A stretch of 64,000 nt of DNA from NCBI GenBank assembly GCA_012862495.1, contig BLSG01000080.1:1-64000 (forward strand), read 5' to 3'. Shown in pieces: positions 9,455 to 19,646 of this stretch. The notes under the pieces were generated by a model that was given only the letters and a program-made list of their open reading frames with translations, made no database searches and was not told the origin of the DNA. Source of the stretch: Thraustochytrium aureum. Lineage: Eukaryota. Every line of letters begins with the position of its first letter. Position 1 is the first letter of the stretch. Both the position numbers and the translations under genes were made by a program.

Positions 9455-12400
9455 CTACGAAGCAAACCGAAGAGCCCGGTAAGCAGCGTCGCCCGCGGGC
9501 AAGAGTTTGAGGCTCTCGTCGTGCTTGCTCTTGGCTTCGGCGACGAATCTTGCAAGCACTGCGGCTGCCCGCACTTGGTCGCCACCGCACGCCTCGAGTT
9601 GAGCGATCGACTGCTCAACCCAGGCGTCGATCCCGGCCTGGCCGTGGAGCACTCGCGGTGTTTCTGCGACGTCAAAAGGCTTGGGCGCTCGCGCAGCGCC
9701 CGTGGCCAGACGCACAGCGCGCGCTTTTTCTTCGGCGCAAGACTCCATTGCCTCTACCGACCTCGAAACAGGGCTCGCCATACATGCCACAACGGGCTGG
9801 CAGCGCGCAAAAAGAGCACGCTCGAATCGCCCAGCTGTGGAAGCGCCGCAAGCGAGCGCCGCAAACGAGAGCAGCGGCCCCCAGGCCGCAAGAAGCGCCC
9901 TGTCAAACAGTTCGGGCAACTCCCGAGCGCGGCTGGACACTGCGCCGAGCACAGACTCACAGAGCGCCTGAAACGAAGTGCGTAGCTGGCCCGAAAGCGC
10001 AGGGATACACCTCTCGACGTGTGGCACTACCGCCTCTGTCACCAGCGCAACCAAATCAGGGAGGGCGACGCGAGAAAGCGCCTCCCCAAAGAGGCCGGCG
10101 AGGAGGGCCGGAAATGGAAACATGCCGGGGTCCAAACCCTGGTGCGCGCGGACGAGGAGCGGGGCCAAGGCGCTACATTCAGCAAGCAGCGCCTTCGACT
10201 CACAAAGGCGACACCAGAACGCTTTGCGCGACTCCGCGTTCCCGTGGTCAAGGAACGGCGCGAGAACGCTGGCGTCAAAGGTTGCGCGCGCTACCTGGCT
10301 CTCTTGGTTGCGCTCCCTGGAGAACTGCACGGCCTTGTTGCGGATCAGGCTGCGGAGCGCGGGTCGCATCTCAGCTTCCACAGCGCTGCTCTCAAACCAG
10401 CTTGGCCCAATCGAGCTACGCACGGCCTGCCTGAGCTGGGCAGGCAGGGCAGCGCCACCCTGCGAGAACGCCATCCGGAGAAACATATCTAGGTACTTGC
10501 AGACGTAAAACCCGCAGTCAAACGAGTTGGTCTGCTGCGGCGGCCGCGGTTCGAGCAGCTCTATCGCAGAGGCCGCCCGTTGGACTCGGAGCCTTTCTTG
10601 TTGGTTCGCTCCTTTGCCGGACAGGTAGGCCTCCGCCAAGGCGTTCCTGACTATTTCAGCTGTACGCGCCCCACGGTGAACCTGGTTTTGAAGCGAGTCG
10701 AGCAAAACAAGGTATGGCTGCGCCTCACCCTGCAACAAGCTAGGCGTGCCCCCCCGTGCCGCCGTTGCCGTGTTCACGGCGAGAGGCTTGAAGGTGTCCA
10801 CCTCGCACACCAAACACAGGCTCCAGTGGCTTGCATAGTTGCAAGGCACCACCCAGAACCTTTTCTTGAACAGCGTGGCCCGCCGCCGGCCGGAAACCTC
10901 CAGGCTAGCCCCAGCTCGCCACCGCTCGAATAGGAGCGGGTCCACGATGTGGACCGCGTCACCCAAGCTGGGGTGAAGCAGGTCGCGCAATCCCTCGCGA
11001 ACGAGATAACGGAGGTAGAAAGCGATAACCGAGTCGTTGGCGTTCAGGCCGGCATGGCTGTCTATTTCCGAGCGCTCTGTGAAGGTTGAGAGCACAGGGG
11101 CGCTGTCGAGTCGAGCCAAGTCGCACAGCCGGATGGTCACCGCCCCGGTGCCCCCTTCCGGGGGATACGTAAACAAGACTTGGCTCCCAGCCTCAGCGTC
11201 CGCGTCAGTGCTCGTCCCTATCTCGCACACGGCCTCCTGCGTCAACACGCCCTGAGTCTGGCTCAAGGCGACCGCTCTGCTGCTGTCGCTGTCCATGGAG
11301 ACTGTCCACTTCCGCGAGCCGTCCATTGCAAAGGCGATGCGCCAAAACCACAACATTCTTGCCGGGAGCGAGCCGACTTCGGGCCCGAAAAGCTGATCGA
11401 GCAAGGCGGTCCACCCAGCCTTTGCTCCAGCCATCTTGATTCGCACAAAGCGCTGGACGAGCTCAGCAGCGCGAGTTTCAACAAGTGCGCTGAGGTCCGT
11501 GTCCCATCCCGCCCACACACGTGGGGTCGTCTCAGCGGCGCGATCCGAAAGTGATTCGAGAGCGTCAAGCGCCATTCTCGACGTCTCCGTCCGCGAAGCC
11601 GGAACAACGCGCATGAGGTGCTCTACAACCCGCTTGCGATCGTGGGCGGCTTGCAGAAGCGCCGTGAACTTTGCGATCGAACTGAAACCCTCTGCTGCAG
11701 TGCCCCGAAACGCCGCCAGCGCGCTTGCCGTGTCATTACAAAGGATCCCGACGACCGCGTCGGCGTCGCTCGGGACTTTGGCAAGGCCCAAGAGTATAGC
11801 TTTGCGCGCATCGGCAACGTCGCTCATCTCCCCGTACTTTTGCGCGTTCCATGCAAGAGCCTGCACGACCGCGCCGACAACACGCGGCTGGCCGCTCGAG
11901 CTCCTCACTACGTCTTGTGGCGAGAGAAACCGCACAACCCTGGCCAGCTCCGCGACCTCCTCGCCCAAAAGGTGCTGCCGTGCAGACAAAACGTGGGACC
12001 ACGTTGCACCCTGCATGGCGCAACTCGTTGGGCTGTCGTCCTGCTTTGCAAGCTCCCGAAGCCATGCGAGAGGGAAGAGGCCGAGTTGCAGCCGTGCGTG
12101 ACCGACCAGCTTGTCAAGCGAGATCTTCGGGCGCATCATCTCCAGCACCTCGGAGCTCAGGGTCTTGCATCCCGCCGCGTCTTGCTCGCTCAGGAACTCG
12201 ACGAGGCTGCCAAACAAGCAGTCGGGAATAAAATCGGCGAGCGCCGAGGGCCGCTCGATGCTCGCCACAGGCGGGCCAAGTACATTCGCGCGGAGGACGT
12301 TCAGTCGAACCTCTTCGCGCCAAGCCTTCGGCGAGAGCCGATCGTCTTGGTCCGGAGGCGGAGTGTAGGCCGTGAAGGCAAGCTCGCACAGCCAGCGCTG

Positions 12401-14623
12401 GAACGCGGGACCGAGCACTGGATTCGCTAGCACCGCTGACCGGGCGGCTTCGCTCGACAAGACAGGTTCGAGCAATACGCTGAGACAGCCCGCGTGCCCC
12501 AAAACGCTCCCGTCGAGGCAGCTCACCAGATACGCCCACACGAAGAGCACGTTTAGAGCAAAGTCAGGAGATTCACGTGCCACTGTGAGGTGGAGGCCAT
12601 GCGCGACGAGCGAGGTGCAGAAACCAAGCTGTCGCACCAGCCTCTCGCTTGGCGGCCTGCCTCCTGATCCCGAAAGTGTGCGACGAGCGAAAGACTCTAC
12701 AAAGCAACGGAGTCGGAGGACCTCCAAAACGCGCCTTTCGAGCGGCTCGACCCTGTCGAGGATCGAGTAAAAGAGCACAGAGAACCGGTTTACCTCCTTC
12801 ATCAGGTCCGCCCTCGCCGTTCTTGAGGGCACAAGAGCGCGAAGAACCTGGGCCTCCGGCACCGATATGTAGAGGGCAACGGCGCTCCACACGCGAAGCG
12901 CCAACTTGCCCTCGGTGCGCCACGACTGCACCGAAGCCTTGGGCTTGCGAGTTGCGGCACGAGCTGCTAGGGTACCATCCTCTTCTCGCTCTTCTGAAGC
13001 TAGTGTGTCTTGTTGCCCTTGAACTGCGCTCGGCAAACTTTGTTTTTGTCGCGCCGCGACGGCATGTGCGATCAGCGGCCTGCGCATCTCCCCGTCCCTA
13101 GCCTCGTGCCGGTCGAGCCGCACATTCAATGACGACTCCAAGAGCCTTGCCGTCGGCACCACCTGCCGGTCGAGCCGCACATTTAACGACGACTCCAAGA
13201 GCCTTGCCGTCGGCACCACCTGCCGTCTCGCACGTTTTACAGGTGCTGAAAGCTCGAGGAGGGCCACCTCGTCGGGCTTGCGTTTTTGCTCGCTCTCAAT
13301 CTCCCTCAGTTGCATCTTTTGGCGCCGCTTCAGGAACAGGGCTCTGATCTCGTGCATGCTGCCCCAATAGTTGAGCCCAGGTTTGGACTTGCGCTCGTCG
13401 GCGCCTGGCGCGAACATGCGAATCTGCCTGACGCAGGCGACATCAGATTCGACCACCTTGTACCCATGCTGCTTAAAATGCGCAAGAACCTCATCGTCCG
13501 AAGAGTCCTGCAAAGGTACGCCCTCTGTAGCGGCGTCGCAGAGGGGTTGCGGCTTTCCGCTCGCGGGAGACTGGATGTCCTCGCAGTCCTCACGAGCTCG
13601 ACACTGGACTTGGTTTGTTTGGTTTGGGGTCCGCCACTCCTCTCGTCACTGCCCTGCTCCCGGGTCGCCGAGATTGCTACTGTCTCCACAGAGCTCGTCG
13701 CCGCACGATCTCGCGGAACTAGCTCAGCCGCGTCTGTCCCCGGATGCCCAACCTGTGCCTGTGGCTCAAAGAAGGCAATGCGAAGCCGGCCCAAAAGGCC
13801 GTGTTGGCCATGCGTCGGCTTGAGCGCTTTTTGCACCACCGTTTCGGAGAGCTGGGCCCCGAATTTGCTGGAGAGGAAGAGACCGCTCGCCGCTTCCAGG
13901 AAGCTGAGCGACAAGATGCAGACGTCTCGGTTCGCGTCCAGGTACCGGCTCAGAGCAAGCGCAAGGCTCTCTGCGAGGTCGTTGATATCGCTCGCTGTTG
14001 TTTGGAGCTGGGCCTGCAGCGGATAATTTGCCACCAGAGTCGCCCCTAGCGACAGGGCGGCAACGACGATTCGGTACGACGGAAGTGGCCCCTTTTTGCC
14101 TGCCAAGCCCAAGCTCTTCTGCAAAGCGAACGTCATGTCGTGCCACGCCTCTGGCGCCAAGTAAGCGTGAAAGTTGGTAACCAGGTCTGCCAGAAAGACA
14201 AGGCATCTGGACGCGAACACCGTGGCCGACTTGTCCCCCAAGGCGTGCTGCAGTCCGCACCGCGCTCCGTCCACCATTTTCAGCAGCCAGGCGTCGTAGC
14301 GAAGCACGAAAGAGCGGAACGTGCCCGCGCTTGCGGCCAGCCGCAGGCTCCACACAGCGTCAACATCATTGTTCCACTTGAGCGCCCGCAGGGACTTTTC
14401 TAGCCAGGCCTCGTTCAACAGGTTGGTCGCCACAAACTCATCAAATCGAACTGCGTCCGTGTTCGAGTCCTCTCTGGCGCTCCTCAGCCCCTTGAGCTGC
14501 TCTGCGCACCACGCCAGGTCAAGCGCGCGCGCCGCCGACGGGTCGGTCGCGTTGCCCGCGGCGCCGCCGGATGCCTTGGCCAACTCGCCTGCTTGCGAAC
14601 GCGACTCGGAAGCAGCATAGAGC
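9455..14623 (-). CDS. Very large (>1690 aa) Ulp1/SENP-family C48 SUMO protease; predicted 86-nt intron at 13593-13508; 5' end in gap 14624-14938
   Basis: Catalytic domain ~11240-10480: NDSVIAFYLRYL, VVPCNYASHWSL (His), LLDSL (Asp), QQTNSFDCGFYV (Gln/Cys). A GTGAGG...CTTTGCAG intron joins the 13330-15243 frame to the 9455-13513 frame at codon boundaries (..SVEL|DSSDDE..). Confidence 0.85.
13107..13225. repeat. 57-bp in-frame tandem duplication within the Ulp1-like gene
   Basis: Encodes RQVVPTARLLESSLNVRLD twice, with only synonymous differences between the copies. Confidence 0.9.
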
Positions 14624-14952
14624 NNNNNNNNNNNNNNNNNNNNNNNNNNNNNNNNNNNNNNNNNNNNNNNNNNNNNNNNNNNNNNNNNNNNNNNNNNNNN
14701 NNNNNNNNNNNNNNNNNNNNNNNNNNNNNNNNNNNNNNNNNNNNNNNNNNNNNNNNNNNNNNNNNNNNNNNNNNNNNNNNNNNNNNNNNNNNNNNNNNNN
14801 NNNNNNNNNNNNNNNNNNNNNNNNNNNNNNNNNNNNNNNNNNNNNNNNNNNNNNNNNNNNNNNNNNNNNNNNNNNNNNNNNNNNNNNNNNNNNNNNNNNN
14901 NNNNNNNNNNNNNNNNNNNNNNNNNNNNNNNNNNNNNNCCTGGCGCGGGACG

Positions 14953-17599
14953 ATGCAGCTTGGCTTGTCGCAGGCGTCGGAGAACGCGGCGACCGACGAG
15001 GAGGACGGAGACCCCCAGCTCGGCGCGGACGAGCTGCTCGACATGTATGGAGGCCAGAGACCGGGGCTCGCGCTGTTGGCCGAGGACCACCTTGAGAAGG
15101 TCGGCTCGTGGTTTGCCGGGCCCGAGAACGAAGGCTCTCTGGCGCGCTCGTGCGCGGACAAGACCAAGCTGGTCCAGTGCCTCTTCGCACTGCTCGGCGC
15201 AAGAAACTTTCCTCGCGAGCAGCGTCGCGAATACCTGGTCCAAATGTTCAGGACGTCATTCTTCCAGACAGGCGCACCGTCTGGGCTGCAAGACCTCGAA
15301 CGGGCAGGCCTCCTGGCGGACGCGGACTGGACTGCCATCACGGCCTCAGGCATGATTGAAACAGTCAAGCACGGCCTGGCGCCGGTGGGGGCGGACTGCG
15401 CTCTCCAGCTCGAATCGGCGCAGCGCACCTGTTGGCTGATGGAGGCATGCGCGAAGCGCGTCCCTGAAGCGTTTGCGCAGCTTCAGGAAGGCCTCCTTTA
15501 CCGTGTCTTTCATCAGCTAGCATCACGTGCAACGCTGCCCAGCGTTTCCCGTGCAGTGCTCCAGTGGCTGTTGAAGGTCGCGCCCGTGATGCTTGCGCAC
15601 AACTGCCCAGCCATCAACAACGACCACTCGCGCGACCTGCACGCAGACGCGCGCTTGAAGGTCCTCGAGCGCTTCGAACAAGGCCCTGAACCAGGCGAGA
15701 CCGACCTATTGTCACTGGCGTGGGCGGCATGCGCACTGTACCTTCCCAAGGCGGTGGGGCAGCCCGTTGACGCGCTGGTTGGCCAACTTGTGCTGCGCTT
15801 TCGGAAACATGCCGCGCTCGGCGGCAGAATGAAGTGGAGCGCCGTGTTGTTCCTCATTGAAGGCCTCGTGCCGATCTCGCAACGGGTATCGTGGCGCCAA
15901 CCGCGCAAAAGCAAGGAGGCAGCAGAGTTTTTTCGCCGCACGATCCTGGAGCACATCGTGCCGCTTGTGTGCATCGACCAAGTGTCTGGGAGCGGCCCGC
16001 CCACAAATCGGTTCTTTGCTTGGGCGCTTCTGTCCTCCCAGGCTCGTGTTGAACAAAGGGAGGACGGCAAAGACCAGGCTGTGGGAGGCCGCTGTGAACC
16101 GCCTGCTCGAGGACACGAGATGGGCCGAGGACTCTGTAGCACTTTGCTGGTTTCTGGACCACTGCTTCACAGGGCGAATTGCTTGCAATCTTGCTGATCC
16201 CGAGTGCTTGGCTCGCGCACTAGCTGGCGAATTGGAGCTTCCGCGCGAGACGGCGTGCGTGGAGAACCACCTTCCTGTGGAGAGTGTTCTGCGCGTCGTT
16301 GGCAAGCTGGCAGGTCGGCTCTCGCCGGGCTCGACCGCGGCGCTGGCGCGCCTCGCGCGCGCTGCCCTGCATTTTTTTGCGGGCCAAGCCGACAAGGGAG
16401 CCCTCCTTGATGCACTCGGAGACGGTCTCATCGTGTTGGACTCTGCGTGCCAAGAGTGCGGACTCAGGGACGCTCTCAGCGCGCTTTCCAGTGCCGGCCA
16501 GCCCCCGTGGACTGCTGTTGTCGCGCTGTCGCAAAAGCCTGCCTGCAGAGCGGTCCTCGCCGCTCGCTTGGCGGACTTGGTCGGATTCCTCCTTGATGCG
16601 GCCCGCGCAGAGCCGCGTCCAGCAGCGACCGAGGCTCGGCGGCTCGCAGCTGCTCTGGAGCAGATACTGAATGACTCGGTCACAGGCAGCGTTTTCGGTG
16701 GGGAAGGCCGGGCGTTTGAAAACCAGGTCGCCCGTCGCCCGCAGCTCGTCAAGAGCGTGTGCCTCGACCTGCTTGGCCCGCGCCGTGGGCTCGCTGCAAT
16801 CTCGCGCGCTCTTGACACAGCGCGAGCGCTCAAGCNNNNNNNNNNNNNNNNNNNNNNNNNNNNNNNNNNNNNNNNNNNNNNNNNNNNNNNNNNNNNNNNN
16901 NNNNNNNNNNNNNNNNNNNNNNNNNNNNNNNNNNNNNNNNNNNNNNNNNNNNNNNNNNNNNNNNNNNNNNNNNNNNNNNNNNNNNNNNNNNNNNNNNNNN
17001 NNNNNNNNNNNNNNNNNNNNNNNNNNNNNNNNNNNNNNNNNNNNNNNNNNNNNNNNNNNNNNNNNNNNNNNNNNNNNNNNNNNNNNNNNNNNNNNNNNNN
17101 NNNNNNNNNNNNNNNNNNNNNNNNNNNNNNNNNNNNNNNNNNNNNNNNNNNNNNNNNNNNNNNNNNNNNNNNNNNNNNNNNNNNNNNNNNNNNNNNNNNN
17201 NNNNNNNNNNNNNNNNNNNNNNNNNNNNNNNNNNNNNNNNNNNNNNNNNNNNNNNNNNNNNNNNNNNNNNNNNNNNNNNNNNNNNNNNNNNNNNNNNNNN
17301 NNNNNNNNNNNNNNNNNNNNNNNNNNNNNNNNNNNNNNNNNNNNNNNNNNNNNNNNNNNNNNNNNNNNNNNNNNNNNNNNNNNNNNNNNNNNNNNNNNNN
17401 NNNNNNNNNNNNNNNNNNNNNNATGTACAACTTTGTGACTGCGAGGCGGAAGGCCTGGCGCGGCTCGGGAAGCGAGGCGATTCGGCCACTGCCGAAGCTC
17501 TCATTCAAACCGCTCAGCGTCAAGCCGCAAGTCGCACAAGCATGGCAGCGCGGTTCAGGGAGCTGTCCGGGGCGCTGCGAGACCTTGAGGGGACGCTGA
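14953..17599 (+). CDS. Hypothetical Leu/Ala-rich helical (HEAT/ARM-like) protein; probable intron ~15969-16041; interrupted by gap 16836-17422
   Basis: Two overlapping long ORFs in different frames are reconciled by a GTGCAT...CTCCCAG 73-nt intron; amphipathic helical composition; no family recognised. Confidence 0.55.
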
Positions 17600-17667
17600 A
17601 TGTCCCTTGAGGCGGCTCGGAGCCGTCAAGCGCGCGATTCCAAGTCTGTATTCGTTCAAAATCAGAT

Positions 17668-18846
17668 CTAGCTAACTTGCTTGCTGTCGAGACCGAGCGT
17701 GTTGAAGTGAATGCTCCCAGCATCATCCGCTTGCATGACCGTCGTCACTGCCTCGTTGTCGTCTATGCTTGGCGCATTGCTCCTTCTGCGAGTGCTTCTC
17801 CGCTTCCTGTTGGCGAAGTTATTTCCAACCGTTTCAGGAGCCTCTTCGTCTTCGTCTTCTTCTTCAAGGCCGTCAAGCCCTTCCGTACTGCCGTCGTCCT
17901 CCACCCCAGCTGCGCCGCCCTCGCCGTTCACCTCGTTGGCTTTCAACACCAGAGCAGCACCGTCCTTCCTGGCATGCCTTGAATAGCGCGTGTCCAGCTC
18001 GTATTGTTTGTCGAGACAGGCCATTGTGAACATGCGAAACTCTTCGTAGTCGAGCTCGTCGCTGTTGTCCTTGTCGAACTGTTTTGGGGCGTTCGGAAAC
18101 CCTGGAGGCTGTGAGCTACAGCAGCGAGCCACGCCAAGCCCGAGCCGAGATTCGCATACTTACGTCTTTGAAAATCTCGCGCGATGCCTTTCGGCTGATG
18201 TTGAACATGAAGGCAAACGACTCGAATTCGACGCGGGACACCGCATTGCTGCCGTCTACGTCGATCAGCTCAAAGCAGGTCCGCGAGTGGCTCCAAAGAA
18301 ACTGCTTCTGCTGGCCGTCCTGCGTCGCGGCACAGCGCGCCAGCCGACGACTTGCATGTCAGGTAGAGCTAAATCAGGCATCAACCGGTTTTTCGACCGA
18401 TCGGCAGCGTCGCTGCTTTTCTTTCTTTCTTCCGTACGAAAGCAGCGCCATCTCGGTGCACTTACTTTAATTGCAATGAGGATGCAGACAATCAGGTAAA
18501 ACTCGTCAAACTCGATGGACCCGTTGCAGTCGACATCAAACATGTCGAAGACCTTGTACGCCTCCGACTCGCTCAGGTTCGTAACGTTGAGCATAAAAGC
18601 AACGAATGCGACGTCGTCGAGGCTCCCCCTGTCCGTGCAGGTATCGAACGCGCCACCCCGTCCCGTCCCGTCAGCTTCCTTGACCTCGATCCGCCTCAGA
18701 CCCACCGCCAACCAGCAGCTTACCGAATCATTCACGTCAAGCATTGTAAATAGCGTATGAACCACCGTCACCGACCTCGCTGACAGGAGCAGCTGCCGCG
18801 AGTCCAGGTGCAGCATCTGCAGCAGCCTACTGGTCACCTTCATCAT
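17668..18846 (-). CDS. EFCAB9: EF-hand calcium-binding protein, EFCAB9-like; 4 exons (about 18846-18724, 18627-18466, 18319-18164, 18078-17668)
   Basis: Spliced protein MKVTSRLLQMLHLDSRQLLLSARSV..FTMLDVNDSGSLDDVAF..VTNLSESEAYKVFDMFDVDCNGSIEFDEFYLIVCILIAIKDGQQKQFLWSHSRTCFELIDVDG..FAFMFNI..EIFKDFDKDNSDELDYEEFRMFTMACLDKQ is colinear with recalled mammalian EFCAB9 (LYLDKIYCLLSVRN, FYMLVCML, QFMYRHSRPVFDLLD, FLFNI, LNYQEFKLYT). All three donors are GTAAG and all acceptors CAG. Intron 1 is off by one base (see findings). Confidence 0.85.
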
Positions 18847-18962
18847 CCCCAGCCCAACGAAGCCCAGCCCAGCCCGGCCAAGCCCAGCCCAGCGCAACCA
18901 AACGCAGCCCAGCCCAATCCAACCGAGCGCAGCCCAGCCCAATCCAACCAAAGCGCAGCCCC
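18847..18962. repeat. Degenerate (CCCAG/CCCAA)n pentanucleotide repeat immediately upstream of the EFCAB9-like ATG
   Basis: cccagcccaacgaagcccagcccagcccggccaagcccagcccagc... Confidence 0.8.
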
Positions 18963-19646
18963 GCCAATCGCGCGCGATGCCCGGTCAGAACGCGCGCCCG
19001 GCGACCTTCCCTCGAGGTCGACGGCGCTCGGGCTCTGCGCGGCCCTCGCGAGACCAACGCCTCTAACGGTACTGCGTCGAGGACTCGGGCAACCAACCCC
19101 CCAGAATGCCGAACGGGCAGCGCGCCTCGCGCAGGCACGGCCGACCTTCCGGGGCGGCCGGGGCGCCGGGGAGCGCGCTTGCTAGGCTTGCTGGCTACGC
19201 GCGAGAGGCGCCTCGCTGCCGCCACGGCTCTCTGCGAGCGGCGGAAAGCGCGCTCGAGGTTGGCCATGCNNNNNNNNNNNNNNNNNNNNNNNNNNNNNNN
19301 NNNNNNNNNNNNNNNNNNNNNNNNNNNNNNNNNNNNNNNNNNNNNNNNNNNNNNNNNNNNNNNNNNNNNNNNNNNNNNNNNNNNNNNNNNNNNNNNNNNN
19401 NNNNNNNNNNNNNNNNNNNNNNNNNNNNNNNNNNNNNNNNNNNNNNNNNNNNNNNNNNNNNNNNNNNNNNNNNNNNNNNNNNNNNNNNNNNNNNNNNNNN
19501 NNNNNNNNNNNNNNNNNNNNNNNNNNNNNNNNNNNNNNNNNNNNNNNNNNNNNNNNNNNNNNNNNNNNNNNNNNNNNNNNNNNNNNNNNNNNNNNNNNNN
19601 NNNNNNNNNNNNNNNNNNNNNNNNNNNNNNNNNNNNNNNNNNNNNN

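Noticed and set aside
13508..13650. Apparent programmed frameshift between the two Ulp1-region ORFs
   Set aside because: Fully explained by a canonical 86-nt GT-AG intron in the correct phase
9455..14623. Ulp1-carrying transposon (Mutator/Ginger-type) or Polinton/viral insertion
   Set aside because: No transposase, integrase, terminal repeats, target-site duplication or compositional shift seen
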